Origin: Candidatus Saccharimonadota bacterium
GTDB lineage: Bacteria > Patescibacteriota > Saccharimonadia > Saccharimonadales > SLHW01
Direction of reading: 5' to 3'
DNA: 64,000 bases
Assembly (NCBI GenBank): GCA_024635455.1
Contig: JAGXIU010000003.1
Span: 3,966 to 67,965 of the forward strand
Of the stretch, positions 52,886-62,513 are shown in pieces. Position numbers and translations under genes: made by a program. The notes under the pieces were generated by a model, which was not told the DNA's origin, did no database searches, and worked only from the letters and a program-made list of their open reading frames with translations. Every line of letters starts with the position of its first letter. The stretch's first letter is position 1.

Positions 52886-54394
52886 ATGGATTATCTTGAC
52901 CCAGACAAAAAACGCCAGCATACGCAACGACTATTTATTGGCTACGGCCTCATGGCCGTGCTCATTGGTCTTGGCACAATTCTTCTCGTACTATTTGCCT
53001 ACGGCTTTAGCTTTGATAGGTCGACCGGTTCTATTATCCAGAACGGCCTAGTGTTCGTAGACACGAATCCAGTCGCATCCAATGTATATATTGACGGCGA
53101 GCTACGCGGGAGGGGTGACCAACGCTTGGTCCTACCATCAGGAGACTATAGTATAGAAATCCAAGAACCCGGCTATCGTAGTTGGCACAAGGATATATCC
53201 TTGCTTGGCGGTAGCTTACTACGGTTTTCATACCCCCTGTTGATACCCGAGGATGTTGAAACGTCTGTCTACAGACGGTTTGATGCAGCTCCAAATATTT
53301 TGAGCACCAGCCCAGATAGGCGTTGGTTGCTTTTGCAAGAGTCAAGCCAAGTTGATGCTTTTGTCTTGTATGACCTAAATCAGGGAATAAACCTACCAAC
53401 GTTTTTTTCATTACCAGTTGGTGTACTAGAGCAGGAGGTCGACAACAGCGAGTTGACTATTGTCGAGTGGTCAAACGATAACCGACACGTCATCGTTAAA
53501 CATAGTTTTGACGGGGGCGAAGAGTTTGTCCTGCTAGACATTGACGAGCCTAACAGAAGCCAGAATTTAACAGACCGGTTCTCCAACATACCGTTCACTG
53601 ACATTTCCCTAGTTGATAAACAATTCGATCAATACCATTTATTCAATAGGTCCCTCGGTGTATTGCAGCGAGCTGGGCTTGAGCAAGATGATCCGAGTAT
53701 TGTGCTTGAGGATATCATTACGTACCGCTCACACGGTGACGATGCCTTAGTTTACGCAAAGGAACTCCCAGTAATCGAAAAAGAATCTACTGACGATATA
53801 CAAAGAAAAGCAGTGGGTATATTTATGTCGCTGGAAGACCGAACATATCAAATTGACGCATTACCAAAAGCGCCTGCCTCAGATTATCTTCTCGACATTG
53901 CTCAGTTTGATGAGTCTTGGTACGTTGTGATCGGCTTTACGGGTAACAAGCAGGCTCTTGTCTACCGAGACCCTGTCGCATTACTAGAAGAGGATCAGCT
54001 CCGCACTTTATTGCCAGTTACTACGCTTCGTACAGAGGGAGAGCCGACGTACGTTTCATTCTCTGGTAACGCACGTAATATTGCACTGCAAGCAGGCACA
54101 GAGTTCTCTGTGTATGATGCGGAGCGTGAGCAGTCCCATACATTTCGTGTCAATGACCAAGAAGCTATTCCGCGGGCTCAGTGGATGGATGGCCATCGCT
54201 TGGTTTATATCCAGAACGAGGAGATGTATGTAATCGACTTTGACGGTACGAATCAGCAATCGATAGCCGAATGTTTGCCTGGCTATCAGCCGCTGTTCGA
54301 TACTGAATATAGGTTTTCTTACTGTATCGGCTCGCCTGATGACAGCGACCGATTCGGTTTGTTGCACCGACTGTCGTTACGAGTTGAAGAATAG
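52886..54394 (+). CDS. Membrane-anchored PEGA-domain protein with beta-rich C-terminal region
   Basis: One TM helix, then the PEGA motif VFVDTNPVASNVYIDGELRG...LPSGDYSIEIQEPGYRSW. Confidence 0.65.
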   Translation: MDYLDPDKKRQHTQRLFIGYGLMAVLIGLGTILLVLFAYGFSFDRSTGSIIQNGLVFVDTNPVASNVYIDGELRGRGDQRLVLPSGDYSIEIQEPGYRSWHKDISLLGGSLLRFSYPLLIPEDVETSVYRRFDAAPNILSTSPDRRWLLLQESSQVDAFVLYDLNQGINLPTFFSLPVGVLEQEVDNSELTIVEWSNDNRHVIVKHSFDGGEEFVLLDIDEPNRSQNLTDRFSNIPFTDISLVDKQFDQYHLFNRSLGVLQRAGLEQDDPSIVLEDIITYRSHGDDALVYAKELPVIEKESTDDIQRKAVGIFMSLEDRTYQIDALPKAPASDYLLDIAQFDESWYVVIGFTGNKQALVYRDPVALLEEDQLRTLLPVTTLRTEGEPTYVSFSGNARNIALQAGTEFSVYDAEREQSHTFRVNDQEAIPRAQWMDGHRLVYIQNEEMYVIDFDGTNQQSIAECLPGYQPLFDTEYRFSYCIGSPDDSDRFGLLHRLSLRVEE

Positions 54395-54415
54395 TCTGAG
54401 CTTTCTTGTTTACGC

Positions 54416-55669
54416 CTAGCTACCGAAAAGCCGACTCCATAGGCTAGGAGAGTTACTCGGTAGTGTTTCTGGCTGTCGTCGTTCATCTGGTGCTGGTGCA
54501 GAGCTTTCGGTGTTGTCTATTGGGTTGGGGCTAATCTGCTCTCCTGTAACCACAAGTCGATTAATAGCAGTACCAGGTGGATCGCACGTAATCAATGTTG
54601 CCACTGATGAGTGTTCATCGTTGGGTTGCAATACGCTCAAATCACTTGGAGGCACAACCTTGGTGTCGAATACACGGTATACATAGCGTGTTCCGTCCTT
54701 TTCTAACATAAACGTATCCCCTTCTTCGAGCTGGTTGAGTAATACAAAGGCAAACTTATACTTACCACGATTGAGTATATTATTGCTTGAGTGGCCAAAA
54801 AAGACACTATTGCCTCTTTCGCCAGGTTCTGCTGTGGTTGGATAATGCAGTACACCATCTTCTAGTGCACGTTGAACGGCATCCTCTTGAATTGATTCTT
54901 CCCCGTATACAACTGGTATTTCAACATTTATCTTTGGAATAATAATCTTGGGCTCGTCACCAACTGGTGTGTCTTCACCAATGATTAATGGCGTAGAGCT
55001 TAGAACCCGACTAGGGGTTATAAACGGTGCAATAAACCGCTCATTAAAAAAGCTAAAAGTTGTTATCAGTAAAACAAGGCCGCCCATCGAGAGTCCGAAC
55101 AGGAGTGATTTTAGATTAGATTTATGTTTACTGCTTTGCTGAGACACCTTTGTGCGGATACGTTGCTGTATGTCATTAGCCGTTCGCTGCGTATAGGAGC
55201 TTGCACCGAACGGGCGACGTGTTGGCGCAGGCGGTTGTTGCTGGCTTGTTGATCCCGTTTGCAGCGTTGTAGTGTAGCTTTGTTCGGGTGGTTGAACATT
55301 GTTCTTACGCTGAGAGCCGTGCTCTGAATAAAACTCTTGCCAAACTTCGTGCTTTTCGTGGTCCGGGAGTTCCGCATAATACTCGTGCCAAGCTATCTGA
55401 ATCTCAGCCAACGACTTGCCAGAATTACTTAACTCATACATAAAAGCTTGGTGTTTAGAGCGTTGCTTTGCTGGCACGTCTTCAGCAATTGTTGCCTCTG
55501 TTTTTGCCGCTGGCTCAGACTCGTAGAGACTATTAATTTTTTGTCGAATCAAATCTACTGCAGCGGCTGATTCGCTGTCGTTGTTGTCTGGAGATATTTT
55601 CTTCGTAGACTTAGGCGGCAATATATATCCGTTCGAATTGTCATCTTGATATGGCATATGCTCTAGCAA
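54416..55669 (-). CDS. Sortase-family transpeptidase with long N-terminal extension
   Basis: One TM helix. Catalytic His (VFFGHSS), Cys (ATLITCDP) and Arg (NRLVVTG). Confidence 0.75.
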   Translation of the reverse strand: MLEHMPYQDDNSNGYILPPKSTKKISPDNNDSESAAAVDLIRQKINSLYESEPAAKTEATIAEDVPAKQRSKHQAFMYELSNSGKSLAEIQIAWHEYYAELPDHEKHEVWQEFYSEHGSQRKNNVQPPEQSYTTTLQTGSTSQQQPPAPTRRPFGASSYTQRTANDIQQRIRTKVSQQSSKHKSNLKSLLFGLSMGGLVLLITTFSFFNERFIAPFITPSRVLSSTPLIIGEDTPVGDEPKIIIPKINVEIPVVYGEESIQEDAVQRALEDGVLHYPTTAEPGERGNSVFFGHSSNNILNRGKYKFAFVLLNQLEEGDTFMLEKDGTRYVYRVFDTKVVPPSDLSVLQPNDEHSSVATLITCDPPGTAINRLVVTGEQISPNPIDNTESSAPAPDERRQPETLPSNSPSLWSRLFGS

Positions 55670-55799
55670 GTATAGTACAATATGCCCGGTAGTTCATAGG
55701 GCTGAGGGCTCGATGCACATTTTTGCGATAGGAGTTGCGCGACATAGCAGGTCGAACTCATATCGTGGTACATTTAGCGAAGTAAGAACAAATACATGT

Positions 55800-55884
55800 G
55801 GCGCTGTGGCGGAATTGGTATACGCGCATGACTCAAAATCGTGTGGGGCAACCCTTGTCGGTTCGAGTCCGACCAGCGCTACCA
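55800..55884 (+). tRNA. tRNA-Leu (anticodon CAA), CCA encoded
   Basis: Manual fold: acceptor GGCGCUG/CAGCGCU, anticodon stem CAUGA/UCGUG with loop CUCAAAA, long variable arm, T arm GUCGG-UUCGAGU-CCGAC. Confidence 0.9.
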
Positions 55885-55929
55885 GTGATGATATTTGACA
55901 ATTATTGAATATGTTTTTACAATTTCTTC

Positions 55930-56268
55930 ATGAAACGTGCAAAACCTCGAAAAAGACATTTTTTTAAGGGTGGTGAAGCCAAGAAAAATTCATGTGACGG
56001 CTTACAAGACCCGAGTTTGGAGTTAGATAGGTCAGATCCAGGTTGGCGTCGGCTGGCTCGCCGTCGCATTGACGCGTCCATATTGATACCTGATCCAGAA
56101 GTGTATAGTCAACCATTGGTTAGTCTAGATACTCTTGTAGATCAGGAAGAGAAGCCACGCAGTGAAGAAATAACAAGTACTGGCAAGGTCTTAGTTGACG
56201 TGAGCGTAGAGTTAGTTACGATCACGCTGCCTGAACTGTCTGCGAACTCAGCCACACAGCAGATGTAA
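55930..56268 (+). CDS. Hypothetical protein (doubtful ORF)
   Basis: 112-aa ORF. Its 3' end overlaps the convergent gene by 47 nt. No motif recognised. Confidence 0.25.
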   Translation: MKRAKPRKRHFFKGGEAKKNSCDGLQDPSLELDRSDPGWRRLARRRIDASILIPDPEVYSQPLVSLDTLVDQEEKPRSEEITSTGKVLVDVSVELVTITLPELSANSATQQM

Positions 56269-57031
56269 TAGCTTCAAAACTCACCTCAGGCTGTTGGATG
56301 AGCCAAACAGCGGCATAACTCGCTAGGACAGTAGTTGCTGGCTGTTTGTCCGCTTCTATCTCAGTAAAAGAAACCGTACCTTCGCAAGCTGCTAATATGC
56401 CATCGTTGTATTGCAGGATAAGTATCATACCTAGTGTTTGGCTTAATTCAGTCATGAGTGGGACCAGTTGGGATAACCCCATATCATGTGCGACAGGCCT
56501 CGGTAATTTCAACTCTTTTATCAATGCTTGTAGCTGGGCAATAGAAATCACCAAAACTGCTCTACTTTGTTTTTTTAGCGCCTCATGATGTCGGATTATG
56601 GCATCAACTGCATCATTGCAATATAGAATCCAGCTAGGATACTCCTCAACAAAGCGTTCCATAACTATCATCGTCTCACTGTTTTTAGCGAGATCTCCAG
56701 CGAACAGTGCTCCGTCTGCCCATTGGGCAGTGTCGATCATTACAGCAAGTGCTTCTTTACTGAAACCACCGCTTGGGTTTCTTGGAGCATAGGTCCCGTG
56801 CTCGAGGATTTTGCCAGTGACTGATTTTAGGGAGTCAGGCAACACTACGCGCATATCTCCAATACCTGCCTGTTGGCTGGCGCCGTACGCGTTCATAATG
56901 CTAGATACGCCGTTAGCGTTCCCCCCAATAATAACTAGTTTGCCTCGTCGAGCTGCCTGCTCGGGCTGACTCCAGATGCGCTCTGGGAAGGCTGGCTCAG
57001 TGACTGTTTGCTTGTGATAAGGTGTATTCAT
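56222..57031 (-). CDS. Hypothetical protein with weak YjeF-C/ribokinase-like layout
   Basis: RRGKLVIIGGNANG...AGIG resembles the start of NAD(P)HX dehydratases, but the C-terminal GGxGD motif is absent. Confidence 0.35.
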   Translation of the reverse strand: MNTPYHKQTVTEPAFPERIWSQPEQAARRGKLVIIGGNANGVSSIMNAYGASQQAGIGDMRVVLPDSLKSVTGKILEHGTYAPRNPSGGFSKEALAVMIDTAQWADGALFAGDLAKNSETMIVMERFVEEYPSWILYCNDAVDAIIRHHEALKKQSRAVLVISIAQLQALIKELKLPRPVAHDMGLSQLVPLMTELSQTLGMILILQYNDGILAACEGTVSFTEIEADKQPATTVLASYAAVWLIQQPEVSFEAITSAVWLSSQTVQAA

Positions 57032-57764
57032 CAGTTCCCTTCTCTAATTCATAAATCATATTCTTTCGTTCAATGACAATCTTCCAACTATTCCTTATCG
57101 CAGTTTGGTAGAGGTTATTCTCTGGGTTGAACGCAATCGGCTGCTCGACCATTGACAACATATCGATATCGCCGCCTGAATCGCCAACCGCAATGCTATC
57201 TGTAAGCGACAGGTTTTTTTCGTGGATAATTTCACTCAAAAACTTATCTTTTCCCTTATGAGTTTTTCGTATGTGGCCAGTAAAATATTTTGTGCCGCGT
57301 TCGTACTGCTGGCCAACCCAATAATCAAATCCGTAATGCTGAGCAAATGGCTCAAGCACTTCAGTTTGCGAGCCTGATATAGCTATCAAGAAAAAGCCTT
57401 GTTTCCCCAGGGACTTCACTAGATTTCTCGTATAGACGTAAACATTATCCTTGTGCTGATTAATAACCCGCTCAGCCGCCTGTTCAAAGTCACTAATTTT
57501 TAGATTCGGTAATTGTTCATCGAAGATTTCTGCCATAGATTGTTCAAACTCACCAAACGCTCGTCCATGAGCTCTTTTTTGCCAAGCAGTCTCTTTATCG
57601 GCAAGTTGCTGGTGGAGCTTTTCTGGCAGTGCTCCCATGCGGATAAGTTCAAAAAAGACTTCTCTGTACAGCCCACTCCGAAATAAGGTCCCGTCGATGT
57701 CGAAAACGGCAAACCGCTTGCCTTTCGAAGATTGTGGATTTTCCACTGTCGTCACCTTTCTCAC
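56997..57764 (-). CDS. HAD-superfamily hydrolase, subfamily IB (phosphoserine-phosphatase-like)
   Basis: Motif I FAVFDIDGTLFRS, motif II ISGS, motif IV VGDSGGDIDML. Confidence 0.8.
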   Translation of the reverse strand: MRKVTTVENPQSSKGKRFAVFDIDGTLFRSGLYREVFFELIRMGALPEKLHQQLADKETAWQKRAHGRAFGEFEQSMAEIFDEQLPNLKISDFEQAAERVINQHKDNVYVYTRNLVKSLGKQGFFLIAISGSQTEVLEPFAQHYGFDYWVGQQYERGTKYFTGHIRKTHKGKDKFLSEIIHEKNLSLTDSIAVGDSGGDIDMLSMVEQPIAFNPENNLYQTAIRNSWKIVIERKNMIYELEKGTDEYTLSQANSH

Positions 57765-57870
57765 TACTCAGGTTATCCTGTATTGATTAGTATACCAGTT
57801 CATTGACTAATATTTATCACAGACGTTATCTATCTGTTTGAAAATGGGCTTTCGCCGTTGTTAGCAATAC

Positions 57871-58668
57871 CTAAATGTCAATCTCTATACTTACTGGGCA
57901 ATGATCAGAGCCGGTAATTTCGGGGTGTATGTCCGCGGAACGTACTTTATTAGCAAGTTTTTCTGACACTAAAATATAATCAATCCGCCAGCCAACATTG
58001 CGCGCTCGAGCGTTTGCCCAGTGAGTCCACCAGCTATAATGGCCGTTACCTTCGGTAAAAATCCGAAACGTATCGACGAATCCGGCATCTATGAATTTTT
58101 GAAACCCGGCTCGTTCTTCATCTGTGAAGCCGTGTTTGCCGACATTGTCTTTTGGGCGAGCTAGATCGTCTTCGGTATGTGCAACGTTGAGGTCACCACA
58201 AAAGATAACCGCCTTATCTACATTTAGTCGAGTGATGTACTCTAGGAAAGCAGGATCCCAGTGCTTGTCGCGTAACTTGAGGCGCGACAAATCACCTTTG
58301 CTATTGGGCGTATAGACGGTGACGATATAAAAGTTCTTGTACTCCGCAGCAACAACACGCCCTTCGGTTGCCGGATTGCCATAATCATCCTCGCCAAGAT
58401 GATATTTTTTAACAATGTCTTCTGGCAGGCCATTCGTGACGTTTAGCGGAGTTGGTTTAGAAAAAATTGCAGTACCGCTGTAGCCTTTTTTCTCAGCTGA
58501 GCACCAGTATTCTTCGTAATCAAGTAGGTCAACTTCAACTTGTTCTTTATTAGCCTTGGTTTCCTGCAAACATAATATATCCGGCTGGTGTTCGCCAATA
58601 AAGGGCTGCAACGCCTCTTTTTTAATGACGGCTCGGATGCCGTTCACGTTCCAGGAATATAGCTTCAT
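57871..58668 (-). CDS. xth: Exodeoxyribonuclease III (AP endonuclease)
   Basis: MKLYSWNVNGIRA, LCLQETK, GDLNVAH, SDHCPV. Confidence 0.93.
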   Translation of the reverse strand: MKLYSWNVNGIRAVIKKEALQPFIGEHQPDILCLQETKANKEQVEVDLLDYEEYWCSAEKKGYSGTAIFSKPTPLNVTNGLPEDIVKKYHLGEDDYGNPATEGRVVAAEYKNFYIVTVYTPNSKGDLSRLKLRDKHWDPAFLEYITRLNVDKAVIFCGDLNVAHTEDDLARPKDNVGKHGFTDEERAGFQKFIDAGFVDTFRIFTEGNGHYSWWTHWANARARNVGWRIDYILVSEKLANKVRSADIHPEITGSDHCPVSIEIDI

Positions 58669-58716
58669 ACTTTGTAGTATAGCGATTACGTTCGCAATCT
58701 GCTACCATAGCTCCCA

Positions 58717-59421
58717 ATGTATAAACGCGTACTGATAAAGTTTTCTGGTGAACAATTAACTGGTGAGCATGAATTTGGCGTTGATCCAAACATTGCAAAA
58801 TACATTGCAACTGAACTAAAACAGGCGCAGCAAACTGGTTGTGAAATAGTCCTCGTCGTTGGTGGTGGCAATATGGTGCGCGGAGCTGAAATCGCTGGTA
58901 AAGGCATACGCCGTGTTACTGCGGATCAAATGGGTATGCTGAGCGGCTTGATTAACGCTATGGCGTTGACGGATATCTTTGAGCACGAAGGTTTACCGAC
59001 GCGTTGCACCAGCAATATATATGCTGAACAGGTAGCTGAGAGCTACTCATATCGCTTAGCAGAGAAACACCTCGAGCGTGGCCGCGTATTAATAATTGCA
59101 GGTGGTTTAGGCCGACCATATTTCACTCATGACACCGCTGCTGTGTCGCTAGCGCTTGAGCTTGATTGTCAGGCTGTGCTGAAAGCGACGAAAGTCGATG
59201 GCGTATACAATAAGGACCCACAGGAGCACGCCGACGCTAAAAAGTTTGACTCACTTAGTTACCAGCACGCCGTTGAAAACGGTGCTATTAAGGTTATGGA
59301 CAAGGCTGCACTCGGGCTTGCTATGGAACAGCAGATGCCAGTGGTGGTGTTTGATTCCACTGAGCCAGGCAATATCGCGAAGATATTAGCTGGTGAGCAG
59401 ATTGGCACAAAAGTCAGCTAG
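58717..59421 (+). CDS. pyrH: UMP kinase
   Basis: YKRVLIKFSGEQL, VVGGGNMVRG, KATKVDGVY. Confidence 0.95.
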   Translation: MYKRVLIKFSGEQLTGEHEFGVDPNIAKYIATELKQAQQTGCEIVLVVGGGNMVRGAEIAGKGIRRVTADQMGMLSGLINAMALTDIFEHEGLPTRCTSNIYAEQVAESYSYRLAEKHLERGRVLIIAGGLGRPYFTHDTAAVSLALELDCQAVLKATKVDGVYNKDPQEHADAKKFDSLSYQHAVENGAIKVMDKAALGLAMEQQMPVVVFDSTEPGNIAKILAGEQIGTKVS

Positions 59422-61778
59422 CGAGCTGTAATATCATCTTCATCTAGGGTAACGTGGTCGCCAGGATTTACTTCTTTTTTCAGAATAAGTTTAGCAATGG
59501 TGTCTTCGATTGTTTGTTGAATCATGCGTCGCATTGGTCGAGCACCGAGCCGTGGATCGTAGCCAAGGTGGACGACTTTCTTGGTGGCTTCAGGCGTTAG
59601 CGCAACGGATATGTTCTGCTGAGATAAGGTTTGGTTGACGTCACCTATCATGAGTCCGACTACCTGCTCAAGCTCAGTTTCATTCAGCGGACGGAACAGA
59701 ACAATTTCGTCGTAGCGGTTCAGGAGCTCAGGCTTAAATTGCCCACTATTAATAAGCTCATCGATAAATGGTTTCTCAAATTCTTCGAGCGGCTTACCCT
59801 GCTCTACCTGGCTACGTATAGATTGGGCACCAGCGTTCGAAGTAGTGATGATTATGCAGTCACGGAAGGATGCAGACTTGCCTGAAGAGTCACTTAATTG
59901 TCCTTCATCGAGTAGTTGCAGTAATAAGTTCAAGATATTGGTGTGGGCCTTCTCAATCTCATCAAGTAAAATCACCGAATATGGCTGACTGCGAACTGAC
60001 ATAATCAAGCTGTTACTGTCAGTGGTTCCATCAGAGAGGAGCCTGTGTACGTCCTCAGCTTGCTGATACTCACTCATATCTAACCGAATCATTTGTTTTT
60101 CATCACCGAAGTAAACAGCGCTGAGTGCTTTTGCGAGCTCAGTTTTACCAACGCCAGTTGGGCCGAGGAACAGGAAACTACCCATTGGCCGGTTTGGGTT
60201 TGCTACACCGGCGCGAGAGCGACGTAAGGCATTGGACACAACTTCAACTGCTCTGGTTTGGTTGACCATCCGCTCGTGAATTTTAGCTTCTAGATTAATC
60301 AATGTATCTGATTCAGCCTCAGTTACAGACGTGAGCTTAACACCCTGAGTTTCTTCGATTGATTGTTGCACTGAGCGGTCAGTAATAATGCCGTCGTCAG
60401 GATACGCAAGTGCTTGTTCTAGTACGCGAATAGATCGACCCGGCTCAGTCAAATCTTGCATATAGCGTTCACTCAGCGTTCGTGCTTCGGTAAGGGCGCG
60501 GTAGGTTATTAGTGTCTGTTGCTGGTGCTCAAGCTTAATGGCGGTGTCCTGGAGGATTTCAAGAACCTTTTTTGGTTCTGGTTCTTGAATCACAACTGAG
60601 GTGAGGCTGCTCGCGAATGATGGGCTACGAGCTTTGAGCTCCTGGAGGTTACGAGGCGTCATGGCAAGAACTAGTTGGAGAGATTTGGATTGAGCAGCAG
60701 GTAGTAGCAGATGTGTTGCGTCAAATGTTCCATTGCCGTCACGCAAGAACAAGTCAGCATTGTCCAGAAATAATACAATATTGCCCGCATGAGACGCCTC
60801 CTGCAGCAATGTGTCTACAATATGCTCTAGTTCACCTTGTCGTTGTGCGCTGGAGATAATTGCCGATGCGTCAAGCCCAATAATTTGTTTGTGCCGCAGC
60901 TTTGGATCATGGGCTTCTGCTAGTAATGATTGGGCTAAGGCATACACATGACTGGTCTTACCGGCGCCTTCACCTCCGATCAGGGCAACAGTACCATTTC
61001 CTTTGGTTAAGGCGCTTCGTAGCGCATGTACGCCGGGCGACGTCGTCAGAGCGCCAAAATGAGCATTATGTCGCTGGATAGCTTGGCTGATATTGACACC
61101 AAACATTTGCAGCGTTGGAGTGAAGCCACTCGCCCAATCTCGCCCAATACCACCAAAATAGGGTTTTTCTGCCCGCTGGGCTTCAATAATCCGATCAAGC
61201 CAGAGTTGAATACTTTCTATATCACTATCAGAAATATTGAGACGACTACAAAGATCACTGATTGCTTTCGTATTGCGGAGCAACGCAGAGATTATATGAC
61301 CGACTTCAATCGTCCCTGTAGGTGACGCTTGTGCACTTGCCTTCTCTAAGTAGGCTGGCAAATTTGTCTCTTCGTCACTTATTAATTCAGCAATAACATC
61401 AGAGGGGAGCAACAACCGGTTTGTAAAAAACCGCGACTGCCAATTATCCAGATAGGCTTGCCATAATCGCCTCGGCGTCAATGAGCCGTGCTTTGGTAAG
61501 AGGGCTAATGCGTCAATTGATAGCCGTTCATTGATTGCTGGCCCATTCGGTTTAAGTATCGCGAGATCACGCTTATACCAGGTGGCAAACATCCATACGC
61601 TAAGCGTGATGGCACCCAGTAAATATGCAATAGTAGCACCACCACTTACCAGCAGGGTAAGTGTGACGCCGAAGCCGAGCCAGTAAAGTACTCGTAATAT
61701 CGTATAGCCGCGAGAGCCAACATGACGTGCTAACCGAGCTTTCCTGGCGCGTAAGCTGTTGCTGTTTATACTGTTCAT
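59418..61778 (-). CDS. Membrane-anchored two-ring Clp/Hsp100-family AAA+ ATPase (D1 degenerate)
   Basis: ATG 61778 (ATGA overlap with the upstream gene). Two TM helices. D1 has Walker A GGEGAGKT and Walker B VLFLDNAD. D2 has GPTGVGKT and VILLDEIEKAH. C-terminal GARPMRR. No M-domain or IGF-type loop seen. Confidence 0.8.
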   Translation of the reverse strand: MNSINSNSLRARKARLARHVGSRGYTILRVLYWLGFGVTLTLLVSGGATIAYLLGAITLSVWMFATWYKRDLAILKPNGPAINERLSIDALALLPKHGSLTPRRLWQAYLDNWQSRFFTNRLLLPSDVIAELISDEETNLPAYLEKASAQASPTGTIEVGHIISALLRNTKAISDLCSRLNISDSDIESIQLWLDRIIEAQRAEKPYFGGIGRDWASGFTPTLQMFGVNISQAIQRHNAHFGALTTSPGVHALRSALTKGNGTVALIGGEGAGKTSHVYALAQSLLAEAHDPKLRHKQIIGLDASAIISSAQRQGELEHIVDTLLQEASHAGNIVLFLDNADLFLRDGNGTFDATHLLLPAAQSKSLQLVLAMTPRNLQELKARSPSFASSLTSVVIQEPEPKKVLEILQDTAIKLEHQQQTLITYRALTEARTLSERYMQDLTEPGRSIRVLEQALAYPDDGIITDRSVQQSIEETQGVKLTSVTEAESDTLINLEAKIHERMVNQTRAVEVVSNALRRSRAGVANPNRPMGSFLFLGPTGVGKTELAKALSAVYFGDEKQMIRLDMSEYQQAEDVHRLLSDGTTDSNSLIMSVRSQPYSVILLDEIEKAHTNILNLLLQLLDEGQLSDSSGKSASFRDCIIITTSNAGAQSIRSQVEQGKPLEEFEKPFIDELINSGQFKPELLNRYDEIVLFRPLNETELEQVVGLMIGDVNQTLSQQNISVALTPEATKKVVHLGYDPRLGARPMRRMIQQTIEDTIAKLILKKEVNPGDHVTLDEDDITAR

Positions 61779-62137
61779 GTAATCACCGCCAATAAGAAAA
61801 GCCCGATAACGCCAGCAGGTATAAACACCCATAAAACGATTTCAAGTAAACTCACGATGCTGGCAACTGATATTACGAAAGCCGAAGTAACTAGTACGAT
61901 AAACCGAGCGAGAAATCCCACGAGACGACTTACTGTGTTATCTATAACGGCACGTAATATGCCGTCAACACCTGGTCCAGGGTTTGTGGTGACGCGTCGC
62001 CAGGGTGAAAAAAGTGTCCGCAAGATAATCGGCACCGAGAAAAGTCGGTAGGCATCAAATATGCGCTTCTCGCCGTGTCGTATGGCGGATTTCCAGCCCG
62101 CACCATACCACCATTGGAACAGAGACAATGCAATCAT
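61775..62137 (-). CDS. Small polytopic membrane protein translationally coupled to the Clp-like ATPase
   Basis: 120 aa with two or three hydrophobic helices. Its TGA stop overlaps the downstream ATG. Confidence 0.55.
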   Translation of the reverse strand: MIALSLFQWWYGAGWKSAIRHGEKRIFDAYRLFSVPIILRTLFSPWRRVTTNPGPGVDGILRAVIDNTVSRLVGFLARFIVLVTSAFVISVASIVSLLEIVLWVFIPAGVIGLFLLAVIT

Positions 62138-62171
62138 GGGTCATATTGTAGCACCAAACACCTCTAGCCAG

Positions 62172-62358
62172 AAGATATGACCACCCCTCTCCTGGCGGAG
62201 AGGGAGGGATGACATCGTTGCCACTGCACTGATGCTCGATGCAAGCATCTGCGCGTCAGCTTGCGTCACCGAACCCTTCCGCTTCCAGCGGATACGGGTT
62301 CGTATCCTTTCTCCAAAAGAGAAACGGCCATACCATAAAGATATGACCGCTTCTCTCC
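62172..62358 (-). repeat. Structured module ending in a duplicate of the tRNA-Ser 3' end plus flank (att-scar / CIME-like)
   Basis: 62172-62210 is 35/39 identical to 62338-62376 (tRNA-Ser T-loop to CCA plus 21 nt of 3' flank), a direct repeat with a 166-bp period. Core at 62235-62275 is homologous to 45887-45926. Confidence 0.65.
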
Positions 62359-62448
62359 TGGCGGAGAGAGAGGGATTCGAACCCTCGAAACGGTTGCCCG
62401 TTTACACGCTTTCCAAGCGTGCGCCTTCAGCCACTCGGCCACCTCTCC
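62359..62448 (-). tRNA. tRNA-Ser (anticodon GGA), CCA encoded
   Basis: Manual fold of the reverse complement: GGAGAGG acceptor, anticodon stem CACGC/GCGUG with loop UUGGAAA, long variable arm, T arm GAGGG-UUCGAAU-CCCUC. Confidence 0.9.
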
Positions 62449-62513
62449 ACAGTGCTATATCCTAACAGCTTTCTTACCGCGAGACCACGTAATTACGACA
62501 ATTGAGCGCCCCT

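Noticed and set aside
55710-55728. Third, degenerate copy (14/19) of the tRNA-linked core motif (CTCGATGCACATTTTTGCG), ~70 nt upstream of tRNA-Leu.
   Set aside because: The similarity is too weak, the position is wrong (5' of the tRNA), and there is no accompanying tRNA-Leu fragment duplicate.
55713-55898. 61-aa ORF overlapping tRNA-Leu, and the 77-aa ORF at 62232-62465 overlapping tRNA-Ser.
   Set aside because: Both run through well-folding tRNA genes and their flanks, so they are not coding.
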